Source of the DNA: Deltaproteobacteria bacterium
GTDB lineage: Bacteria > Myxococcota > JACRCW01
DNA length: 64,000 bases
Direction of reading: 5' to 3'
Assembly (NCBI GenBank): GCA_016218805.1
Contig: JACRCW010000080.1
Span: 1 to 64,000 of the forward strand
The translations under genes and the position numbers were made by a program. This document shows positions 20,237-28,262 of this stretch, piece by piece. Position 1 is the first letter of the stretch; every line of letters starts with the position of its first letter. The notes under the pieces are model-generated. The model was not told the DNA's origin and did no database searches. It saw only the letters and a list, made by a program, of their open reading frames with translations.

Positions 20237-20964
20237 ACTCGGTCACCCTTGCCGTGGCGCTGGCCGTGGTGACGCCCGCCTCCGCCCAGGACGCGCTGCG
20301 CGAGGCCGCTGAACGCTGGGGCCGCGGCGACGCCGCCGGTGCCTCCGAAGCCTACGAAACCGCGGCGCTGCAGGGCGCGGACGGACCAGATGTGTACTTC
20401 AACCTGGGGACCGCGGCGCTGCGCGCCGGTGACGTGGGCCGCGCCACGTGGGCCCTGCTCACCGCGCGCCGGCTGGCGCCCTGGGATGATGACATTGCGT
20501 TCAACCTGGAGCTGGCGCGCCGGGAGAATGCGGACTCCGTGGCCGGCGGCGCGGAACCCGCGTGGCTTCCGTGGGCGCTGCGGCTGCCGCGCGCGCCGCT
20601 GCAGTGGCTTGCGTACGGATTGTTCCTCGCGTTTTGCGCACTGCTGTTCGTGCGCGGGCTGCGGGGTCCGGTGGAAGGTCTGGCGGCGTGGGTGGTGCGC
20701 ACCGGGCTGGGCGCGCTGTTTGCGGCGGTCACCGCCGGTGCGGTGGAGGTCACCGCTGGCGCGCCCCAGGCGGTTGTCGTCGTGCGGGAAGCCACCGTGC
20801 GCTCGGCTGACCGTGCGGATGGACCCGAGGCGTTCCGTGTCCACGCCGGCCTCACCGTGCGCCCCATGGCAAAACCGCGCGCAGGCATGATGCGCATCCG
20901 GCTGGCCAACGGGCTGGATGGCTGGGTGGAACAGGCCGCCGTGCGCGTGGTGGGCGCACGCTGA
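20233..20964 (+). CDS. batE: BatE-like TPR + SH3 protein
   Basis: YFNLG TPR, two TMs, C-terminal IRLANGLDGWV SH3b. Confidence 0.8.
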   Translation: MNSVTLAVALAVVTPASAQDALREAAERWGRGDAAGASEAYETAALQGADGPDVYFNLGTAALRAGDVGRATWALLTARRLAPWDDDIAFNLELARRENADSVAGGAEPAWLPWALRLPRAPLQWLAYGLFLAFCALLFVRGLRGPVEGLAAWVVRTGLGALFAAVTAGAVEVTAGAPQAVVVVREATVRSADRADGPEAFRVHAGLTVRPMAKPRAGMMRIRLANGLDGWVEQAAVRVVGAR

Positions 20965-21036
20965 GCGGCGCGGGGCGAACCGGTGCTTGCCCACAATTCG
21001 TTGCCGTCTTGGCCGGCTCCTACTCGACGCGAAGTG

Positions 21037-21141
21037 TCACGCCCTGTTCCCTGGAATCGCCGCCACGGCGGATCGGATGCAGAAGCCCCGCCCACCCGCG
21101 ACGAGCGCCGTGAGCACCACGGGGAGCAGCGTGCGTTTCAA
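21037..21141 (-). pseudogene. Truncated 5' copy (34 codons) of the adjacent fibre-like gene
   Basis: TTG-KRTLLPVVLTALVAGGRGFCIRSAVAAIPGNRA* versus MKRTLFPIVLTALVAGGLGFFIRSAVAAIP at 22050; the upstream leader is also similar. Confidence 0.85.
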
Positions 21142-21162
21142 TGGGACTGCTGCCGGTGGGAG

Positions 21163-22050
21163 TCAGTTCACGAGGTGGAAAGAGATGGAATTGAACCTCA
21201 GGTCGGTGTCGATCGTGTAGCTGCGGGTCGCGGAGTGTGACTCGAGGACGTACGCCTCGTCGTCCTTCTCGAGGTAGACCAGGCTCGCGCCGTTGAGCAC
21301 CAGCCCCGCCGGCTCGAACTGATGGGCAAGAATGACATCCCCGCTCGGCGTCACGAGCGTCAGTGCGACGTATTGATCGACCGCGCCTGCCGAGCCCCCC
21401 AGGGACAGGGCCACGGTGACGGCGTAGACGCCCGCCTTGGGCGCCTTGAACGCCCAGGACGCACCCGTGGTCACTGCCGGCGTTGCCAGGTCAAACACCC
21501 GCGTCTCAAAGTTGAGGCGGTTCCCTCCTGCAGCGAGCGTCCCGCCCGCGCCAAGGCGGTACTTCACCGCCGCGCGCTGGTTCTGCAGCGCGGTGACGGC
21601 CGTCTCGAGGTCGCCAACCTGGGTCGCCAGGGGGCCACCCGTCGCCGCGCTTGTCGCCGTGTCCGCGCGCTTCGCCTCCATGGCGTACGGCACCGCGCCC
21701 GCCCTGGTGCGCCCCACCGATGCGCCGTTCACCTTGATGTCCACCTCCGCGTTGGCGTGTGCCGCCAGCGCGTCCACGCAGCTGGGCGTCAGCGGCACCT
21801 TGAAGAACCCGTTGACCACCTCCACGCCCTGCACCGGCGTCTTGCAGTCGAACGTCGTCCCGCCAGGGTGCCATACCTCCAGTACGATCTCCTGGGCGCC
21901 CGCCATGGGAGCACCGTTGTTTGTGAGCCGCCCGGTGAACGTCATCACCGGGTCCGTGGTGGGAATTGCCGCCACGGCGGAGCGGATGAAGAAGCCCAGC
22001 CCGCCCGCGACGAGCGCGGTGAGCACAATGGGGAACAGCGTGCGTTTCAT
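21163..22050 (-). CDS. Secreted fibre-like protein: conserved N-domain (TFTGRL...GAVPYA) plus C1q-like head
   Basis: Signal peptide, GGAGG RBS, short coiled coil (VGDLETAVTALQNQ), C1q-like FKAPKAGVY. Confidence 0.75.
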   Translation of the reverse strand: MKRTLFPIVLTALVAGGLGFFIRSAVAAIPTTDPVMTFTGRLTNNGAPMAGAQEIVLEVWHPGGTTFDCKTPVQGVEVVNGFFKVPLTPSCVDALAAHANAEVDIKVNGASVGRTRAGAVPYAMEAKRADTATSAATGGPLATQVGDLETAVTALQNQRAAVKYRLGAGGTLAAGGNRLNFETRVFDLATPAVTTGASWAFKAPKAGVYAVTVALSLGGSAGAVDQYVALTLVTPSGDVILAHQFEPAGLVLNGASLVYLEKDDEAYVLESHSATRSYTIDTDLRFNSISFHLVN

Positions 22051-22087
22051 GGGGATTGCCTCCGGCACTCCAATGCGCCCAGCTGCG

Positions 22088-22345
22088 TCATGGCGGCACC
22101 ACGGCGCTCCCGCCCCAGACCCGGGCAACGACTTGTGGTCCATGGAGAATCACGAACAGCGCGTGCTGCACCTCGATGTCCGTGTACTCGGGGTGCCGCG
22201 TGCGGATGCCGTTCATCGTGACCTCGCGCGCGTCGTCCGACATGGCGGCCGCGACCGCCACCCGGGCGGCGGGATCCATGGCGTCGTACAGGGCGGCCTG
22301 GAACCGCGCCGCGTCCGGGGTGGTGTCACTCGTGCGCACTGGCAT
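22088..22345 (-). CDS. Small helical protein, possible antitoxin-like partner of nucleotidyltransferases
   Basis: DTTPDAARFQ...GIRTRHPEY pattern; family assignment from recall. Confidence 0.6.
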   Translation of the reverse strand: MPVRTSDTTPDAARFQAALYDAMDPAARVAVAAAMSDDAREVTMNGIRTRHPEYTDIEVQHALFVILHGPQVVARVWGGSAVVPP

Positions 22346-22543
22346 GGGGCGTCACCCTACCACGCGACCATCGTAGCCGCGGCCACGCCCTGGCAAGCCG
22401 TTCGTTTCAAGGTGCTCCCCTCCGGCAGACGGTCACGTCCATGGTGTTGGCGCGTCGTCGGGGAGGTCCCCACCATGCGGCCGCCGTCGTGGCCGCGGCG
22501 CGCCCGTTGACGCGTGGGTGCACCCATGCGCGGTATCTCCACC

Positions 22544-23542
22544 GTGGCCAACCTTCACGATGGGCTCTTCAAGTGGACGTTTGGGCAGACGGAGCGCGCT
22601 GCGGATGTGCTGCGCGCCATTATCCCTGCTGGGCTGTCTGCCAGGTTGGACTGGTCCTCGCTGGCCCAGGAACCGGGCAGCTTCGTCGACAAGGAGCTCG
22701 GCTCGCGCCACAGCGACCTGCTGTTCCGCGTGGCCACGCACGGCGGCGAGACCGCGCTGCTGTACGTCCTCTTTGAGCACCAGAGCAGCGATGACCCCCT
22801 GATGGCGTTCCGCCTGCTGCGCTACACCGTGCGCATCTGGGACCGCTGGGTCGCGGAGCACGCCGACGCGGACCGCCTGCCGGCGGTGATCCCGGTGGTC
22901 CTCTTCCACGGCGTGGAACCCTGGGCCGCCCCCACTGAACTGCAGGCCCTGTTGGCGCTGGATGCCGTCACCCTGGCCGAAGCGCGCGCACACCTGCCCT
23001 CCCTCCGCTTCATCCTCGATGACCTGAGCCATGTTCCCGATGCGGACCTTCGGCGCCGCGCCATGGGCGCGCTGCCCACGCTGGTGCTGCTCGCCTTCAA
23101 GCACGGCCGCGGCAACATCGACGAAGTCATCAACCAGTGGCTGGACCTGCTGCAGCAGGTGGTTCACGCTCCCGCCGGCGCGGATGCGCTGTCGGTGGTG
23201 CTGCGGTACATTGTGCAGGTCAGCAGCAGGGTTTCCGTGGAAGTACTGAGGGAGACGGCCCGCGCGCTGCAGGACCCGAACGTGGAGGAAGCCATCGTGA
23301 CCACTGGCCAGCAGCTCATTGAAGAGGGACGCCTGAAGGGGGTCCAGCAGGGACTGCAGCAGGGACTCCAGCAGGGACTCCAGCAGGGCCAACGCGCACT
23401 CCTGCTGAGTCAACTTCGCACACGCTTTGGCGAGCTGCCGGACTGGGTCGCCCAGCGGCTTGAAGGCGGCACGACGCAGGACAATGAGCGGTGGGCCCTG
23501 CGCGTCCTCTCGGCAACCGCGCTGGAGGACGTGTTCGCCTGA
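22544..23542 (+). CDS. Rpn/YhgA-like PD-(D/E)xK nuclease (putative transposase family) with DUF4351-like C-terminus
   Basis: HDGLFK, SFVD, SDLLF, LFEHQS, MAFRLLRY, LPAVIPVVLFHG, QQGL repeats, RFGELP; start could be 22514 or 22526. Confidence 0.9.
   Translation: MANLHDGLFKWTFGQTERAADVLRAIIPAGLSARLDWSSLAQEPGSFVDKELGSRHSDLLFRVATHGGETALLYVLFEHQSSDDPLMAFRLLRYTVRIWDRWVAEHADADRLPAVIPVVLFHGVEPWAAPTELQALLALDAVTLAEARAHLPSLRFILDDLSHVPDADLRRRAMGALPTLVLLAFKHGRGNIDEVINQWLDLLQQVVHAPAGADALSVVLRYIVQVSSRVSVEVLRETARALQDPNVEEAIVTTGQQLIEEGRLKGVQQGLQQGLQQGLQQGQRALLLSQLRTRFGELPDWVAQRLEGGTTQDNERWALRVLSATALEDVFA
23297..23542 (+). CDS. Predicted intragenic small protein RpnS (in-frame internal start)
   Basis: GGAGG at 23284-23288, 8 nt before in-frame GTG-ACC-ACT-GGC-CAG (MTTGQQL..). 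Confidence 0.6.
   Translation: MTTGQQLIEEGRLKGVQQGLQQGLQQGLQQGQRALLLSQLRTRFGELPDWVAQRLEGGTTQDNERWALRVLSATALEDVFA
23345..23389 (+). repeat. 12-bp tandem repeat CAGCAGGGACT(C/G) encoding QQGL
   Basis: Three full units plus one partial, read directly. Confidence 0.9.
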
Positions 23543-23590
23543 GGCCGTTGCGTCCACGCAGCCAAAAGACACCGGGCGGTGCTGTCAAAC

Positions 23591-23795
23591 GTGGAGGAGG
23601 CCTCGGTGACCACTGGCCAGCAGCTCATTGAAGAGGGACGCCTGAAGGGGGTCCAGCAGGGGATCCGCTGGGCCAACGCGCCTTCCTGTTGAGCTTGCTG
23701 CGTACCCGGTTTGGCGAGCTTCCGGACTGGGTCACCCAGCGCCTTGAAGGTGGCACGACGCAGGACATCGACCGGTGGGGCCAGAGCGCGCTCTC
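23591..23795 (+). pseudogene. Duplicated, frameshifted copy of the Rpn C-terminal (RpnS) module
   Basis: Near-identical to 23282-23510 including RBS and GTG (23606); 1-nt frameshift near 23666; fewer QQGL units. Confidence 0.85.
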
Positions 23796-23844
23796 AGTCC
23801 CGCGTGTGCTGGCACCATCAGGCGAGCCTGCTATCCTCGGCCGC

Positions 23845-24096
23845 GTGTCCACCACCACCGCTCCAGCGATCCACCTGCCCGAGGAGATCCTCCAGCGGCT
23901 CCAGCGACGGGCGGCCGAAGAGCACTGCACCGTGGACGAGCTCGCGGCGGAGGTCGTCAGCGCATTCCTCGACGACGCCCAATGGGTCCGGGACGTTCAG
24001 GAGGCCCGGGCGTCCATCACGGCGGGTCGGGGGCTTGAGCTGGCGGATGTTGCGACGGACTTGCGCACGCGCGCCCGGAAGATCGCCGAGGGATAG
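23845..24096 (+). CDS. CopG/RHH-like antitoxin
   Basis: IHLPEEILQRLQRRAA...DELAAEVV; stop 3 nt before the toxin start; start codon uncertain. Confidence 0.7.
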   Translation: MSTTTAPAIHLPEEILQRLQRRAAEEHCTVDELAAEVVSAFLDDAQWVRDVQEARASITAGRGLELADVATDLRTRARKIAEG

Positions 24097-24099
24097 CCG

Positions 24100-24384
24100 G
24101 TGCGCGTCGTTGTCGCTCCGGAAGCGCATGACGATCTCAGGAACATCCTGGAATGGATCGGCCGGCACCAGCCCGCTGCGGCGGTGGAGCAGGTTGACCG
24201 CGTGCTGACCGCCATCGACGGCCTGCGTGAGTTCCCAATGATGGGGAAACCCGGACGCGTCGAGGGCACGCGCGAATTCGTCGTCACCGGTACGCCGTTC
24301 ATCGTGGCGTACGAGGTCAGGGACGCCCTGCTTGCGGTCCTTCGTGTCCGTCACGGTCGGCAACGGTGGCCAATGCGCATCTAG
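24100..24384 (+). CDS. RelE/ParE-family type II toxin
   Basis: AHDDLRNI, FPMMGKPGRVEGTRE, PFIVAYEV, LRVRHGRQRWP. Confidence 0.9.
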   Translation: MRVVVAPEAHDDLRNILEWIGRHQPAAAVEQVDRVLTAIDGLREFPMMGKPGRVEGTREFVVTGTPFIVAYEVRDALLAVLRVRHGRQRWPMRI

Positions 24385-24566
24385 GCCGACAGCTGCCAAC
24401 GAATGCACACGCGCCGTCAGCGCGGACACCAACCGTCCGAGGAATCTTTTGCCCGGCATCCGCAAACGCGACCAGGTCAGCGAACCGAATGGGCGGGTTT
24501 CCTCTTGGCGGATTTGGGCCCCGGGGCCCCCTTCAGTTGGTTTGGTTGCGTGGTGGAGCGACCGGG

Positions 24567-25443
24567 TCAGGGCTCCGTGACGCTCCAGCCGGTGACGGGG
24601 AAGGACGCGCGCACATAGATGGACGTTCCGGCCTCCATGGCAAACGGATTGCCCGCGCCAATGGGATTGGGCGTGTTGTCACAGCGCAGGACAACCGAGG
24701 TGCCGCCCGCCAGGTCCGGCGGAACACGGCAGCACGCGGTACGGTGAGCCGGTCCCAAACAGGAAGGCCAACCCGACCAGATCGATGGGGGCCGGGGTCA
24801 TGTCCATGGGGCCAGCGCCGCTTGGAAGCACGAACTTGAGAGCGCCGGATCCGCTCGGCGTGGCGCTGAAGACACTCTGCCATTCCACCTCCGCCACGTC
24901 GCCGACGCGCCGCCACCAGGCCACGGTGGTCTGACCATCCAGCGGGGCGGTGCCGGTGGACTGCGAGCGGAGCAGCGCGTTGCCAGCAGCGCCGTCGACG
25001 CGCACGCGCGCCGTGACGATGGGGGCGTTGGCCGCCTCCACCGCGGGGCACCGCGCCCAGCCGCTGCCGCGCACCCACCGGGACACCGCCCACCTGCACT
25101 TCCGCCCAGACGTCCGCGTTGTTGCGGACCATGTCCACGCAGTCGGCATCCGTGAGCGTGACGGCAAACCGCCCCGCGGTCACCGGTGCGTTGGCCTCCG
25201 CCACGCGGCACTCGGCGCCGGTGCCGGCGCCCGTGGCGGACTTGCGCAGCTCCACTGCGATGGGCCGGGTTCCTTCCACGGGGACGCCGTCCTGCGTGAG
25301 GTACCCGCGGTAGGTGAACGCCTTGGCAACTGCGGGAATGGCCGCGCTCGCACGCCCGGCAACCCCACGCCTATGAGTGAGATGGCGAGCGCACTGCGAC
25401 GCAGCGTGGAGCGGGAGACGGAGAAGTGGATGCGGTCAGACCT
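24567..25443 (-). pseudogene. Frameshifted paralogue of the fibre-like genes
   Basis: Pieces in different frames: AGG in place of ATG after GAGGAG; FTYRGYLTQDGVPVEG; LGAVP|AVEAANAP; WWRRVGDVAEV; terminal GWSVTEP*; at least 3 frameshifts. Confidence 0.8.
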
Positions 25444-25453
25444 GGGGAACTCC

Positions 25454-26302
25454 TCACGGCGTCCGGGGTGACGTCGTGGTCCATCCCTGTGCGGCATAGG
25501 TGACCTTCATCGTGACGTAGTCACCGGGAACCAGCGGCACGGGAGACTGCGGTCCGGCCGGGCTCGCACCGCCGCTGCAGGAGATGGAGACGGTCCGCGC
25601 GGGCACGCCGCGCACATAGGCCTCGCAGGTTATGAAGTCGCCGCCGTGAAGGATGCGCGCCGGACCCGCGTTGCGCCCGCCGGGTCTGGTCAAGTCAGCG
25701 TCCGGAACGTCGGCTGGCAGGTGCCAGTACATCCAGCCGGTGGCCTGCGGCGCCAGGGTCACCACGGCGGTGTTGAGCACGAGTTCGACGCTGTCACCCA
25801 CCCGCCGCCACTCCGCGGTGGAGACCTGGTGGTCCACCGGCCCCCCAGCGGTGCTTTCAGCCTCCAGGAGAATGTTGTCCACGTGCGCCCACGGCGTGAT
25901 GACCGGAACATTCGCCGCGCGCTCCGCCTCCACCGCGTACGGCACCGCGCCCACCTTGGTGCGCGGGGCAACCGGAACGTCGTCGCGCAGGACTTCCACC
26001 CAGAGCCCCGCCAGTTCCGCAAACTTGGCACGACAGTTGTCGACCGGGATCCGGAAGAAGCCGTCCACCACATCCACCGGTCCCACGGGGGAAACACACG
26101 CCGCGGAAGTGTCGCCCTGGGCGGCATAGGCCTTCACCTGCAGGGTGTGCGTGCCGGAGAGCGGCGCGCCGTTCTGCGTGAGCCGCCCGGTGTACGTGAG
26201 CGCGTTGTTCGTCGGCACGGTGGCCAGCGCGCGGTGCCCCAGGAACCCTGCGGCAGCGCACGCAGCCCCCGCGAGCGTGAGGGTCAATCGGTCGGTCTTC
26301 AT
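25454..26302 (-). CDS. Secreted fibre-like protein: same N-domain, tail-fibre-tip-like C-domain
   Basis: Signal peptide, LTYTGRLTQNGAPLSG, KVGAVPYAVEA, WRRVGDSVEL. Confidence 0.8.
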   Translation of the reverse strand: MKTDRLTLTLAGAACAAAGFLGHRALATVPTNNALTYTGRLTQNGAPLSGTHTLQVKAYAAQGDTSAACVSPVGPVDVVDGFFRIPVDNCRAKFAELAGLWVEVLRDDVPVAPRTKVGAVPYAVEAERAANVPVITPWAHVDNILLEAESTAGGPVDHQVSTAEWRRVGDSVELVLNTAVVTLAPQATGWMYWHLPADVPDADLTRPGGRNAGPARILHGGDFITCEAYVRGVPARTVSISCSGGASPAGPQSPVPLVPGDYVTMKVTYAAQGWTTTSPRTP

Positions 26303-26315
26303 GGTTCCCTCCGGG

Positions 26316-26807
26316 TTACGGCGTGATGCCGCCGGTGACGCACATGCCGGCGTCGTTGCACGCGATCCCCAGTCCCTCGAAGCCCATCTCGGTCAGCACG
26401 TAGCCGCTGTCCGGCGCGACCAGGCGCGCAGCTCCCACGGTGGCAATGCCGCCGAACTCCAGCACGAGCCCGGCGTCATTCCCGCCGCCGGAGGTGCTGC
26501 TGGACGAAGACGAACTGGAGGTCCCGGCGCTGCTGGACGCGATGACCCCCGTGCTGCTGCTCTGCGCGGTGGCGGAGCTGCTGGACCCTCCAGCAGAAGA
26601 CGACGAGGCCGCCGTGGACGTGCCGCTCACGGCGTGCGAGGACGACCCGCCCGTGGACGAGCTGCCGGACCCGGTCCCGCCGGACTTGCACGTACCGTCC
26701 TGGCACACCTGGCCGCTCTCACAGTCGCCGTCCGCGCTGCACTCCACGGGCTTGGGACAGGCGGTGAGCAACCACAGGCCCACCGCGACACCGCCGAACC
26801 AGCGCAT
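26316..26807 (-). CDS. Lipoprotein with Cys-rich N-module, Ser-rich linker and small C-domain (..CNDAGMCVTGGITP)
   Basis: GGAGG RBS, lipobox LTAC, CSADGDCESGQVCQDGTC. Confidence 0.75.
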   Translation of the reverse strand: MRWFGGVAVGLWLLTACPKPVECSADGDCESGQVCQDGTCKSGGTGSGSSSTGGSSSHAVSGTSTAASSSSAGGSSSSATAQSSSTGVIASSSAGTSSSSSSSSTSGGGNDAGLVLEFGGIATVGAARLVAPDSGYVLTEMGFEGLGIACNDAGMCVTGGITP

Positions 26808-26821
26808 GCTTCCTCCCTCGT

Positions 26822-27661
26822 TCAGATCTTGAGTGCAGCCACCACCGCCCCCACGCCGCCGGAGGCGGCCAGGCCCAACCCGAGCAGCGCGATGGCGACG
26901 CTGGCAGCCGTGAGCGCGCCGTACGCCAGGTACAACATCCCGGAACGCTGGGCGCCCTTGCCCAGGTCCACCGGGTAGTTCACGAACACCACGCTGTTGA
27001 CGCCGACGAACGCCGCGGTGGCCGCGCCGGCGACGACGCCCAGCAGCAGCACCAGCCCGCCGAACGCGGCGACACCGGCGCCGACGCCGAGGACGGGGAA
27101 GACCCAGGCGGGGCGGTCCGCCGCAGGTGCGGCGGGTGCGGCCGCCGGCTGCACGACGGGCACAGCCACCAGCGCGGTCTCCACGGTCTTGAGGGCGTGT
27201 TTCAATCCGGCCCTCTCCAGCAGCTTGCGCACGGCGGGAAGGGAGCCATCCAGCAGGGCCTCCTCGGTGTCGCCGGGGAGGCGCTCGGAGATGGTGGCGG
27301 CGGTGAGGGACTTCCGCACGTCCAGCAGCTTGAGGTTGATGAGGAAGGACCCGCCCAGTTTCCCCAAGCTCCCGGCCACCAGGAAGTCCACGCCCAGCAC
27401 GCCGGCGATCTCGGCGATGCAACTGTCGCCGGCGCAGTTGGCCATCTGCTTCTGCCGCTCCAGGTCCACGAGCGATTCAAGGTCCGCGGACGCGACGACG
27501 CGGCTGAAGGCGCCGCTGTCGCGCAGCAGCGTGCCGATGCGTTCGCCCATGAGGTTGGCCACGCCCTGGGCGACGCCGAACTCGGGATTGAGCCGGAACA
27601 CGGCGACGGACGGCAGGGGGGCGGCTTGGCCGGCGGGCGCCGCCGCGGCCAGGGCGAGCAT
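26822..27661 (-). CDS. Secreted/membrane protein with CsgG/TolB_N-like domain and C-terminal hydrophobic hairpin
   Basis: SVAVF, CAGDSCIAEIAGVLGVDFLVAGSLGKLG, LKLLDVR; start uncertain (27661-27748). Confidence 0.7.
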   Translation of the reverse strand: MLALAAAAPAGQAAPLPSVAVFRLNPEFGVAQGVANLMGERIGTLLRDSGAFSRVVASADLESLVDLERQKQMANCAGDSCIAEIAGVLGVDFLVAGSLGKLGGSFLINLKLLDVRKSLTAATISERLPGDTEEALLDGSLPAVRKLLERAGLKHALKTVETALVAVPVVQPAAAPAAPAADRPAWVFPVLGVGAGVAAFGGLVLLLGVVAGAATAAFVGVNSVVFVNYPVDLGKGAQRSGMLYLAYGALTAASVAIALLGLGLAASGGVGAVVAALKI

Positions 27662-27784
27662 CACGAGCGATGGGACGAGCACGGACGGACCCTCCCGGTG
27701 GCGCGTGGGCGCAATAGTCTGCGGCGTGGGGTTGCTCAAGGCGCGCACTTGCCGCGCGGAACGCGTTGGGATTCACTCGCCGTC

Positions 27785-28261
27785 ATGGGTGTGCTGGGTA
27801 GGTTGGGCGGGTTGGTACGCGGCGGCATCCGTTCCGCGCTGCACGGCGGGTCCGCGCGGGCCCGCACCGGGGCGGTAATCACGGACCTGTCCCCGGAGGA
27901 CCACCAGCGGATGGAGCGGCAGCGCGCGCTGGTGCTGGCGGCGGCGCGGGCGCTGTTTGGGACGGCGGGATGGACGCGGTCACCGGCGGACGTGGCGGTG
28001 CTGCAGCGGTTGCTGGACGAGGACGCGTTGTCCGACACGGCGAGCGCGCTGCCGGCGGTGGGGGTGGTGCTGGGGGACGCGGTGGCGGGCGAGCTGGGTG
28101 CGCGTTGGGCGGCGCTGTTTGACGATGAGGCGACGGTGGTGGTGTTGCACGCGGCAGGCAAGACGCTGGACCTGTGCGCGGTGGTGGTAGAGCGCGGGGC
28201 CCGCGGTGGGCGGGTGGACCTGCACGCGGTCATGGACGAGGCGCGCGCCGGGCTGCGGTGA
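27785..28261 (+). CDS. DUF3806-like hypothetical protein
   Basis: LQRLLDE, AVGVVLGDAV, W...DD pattern. Confidence 0.55.
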   Translation: MGVLGRLGGLVRGGIRSALHGGSARARTGAVITDLSPEDHQRMERQRALVLAAARALFGTAGWTRSPADVAVLQRLLDEDALSDTASALPAVGVVLGDAVAGELGARWAALFDDEATVVVLHAAGKTLDLCAVVVERGARGGRVDLHAVMDEARAGLR

Positions 28262-28262
28262 A

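Noticed and set aside
22544..23542. Rpn as an IS element
   Set aside because: No terminal inverted repeats or target duplications seen; the family is not shown to transpose
21037..26302. Diversity-generating retroelement or shufflon explanation for the duplicated segments
   Set aside because: No reverse transcriptase or site-specific recombinase in the window; differences between copies are not confined to adenines; cassettes are all in one orientation
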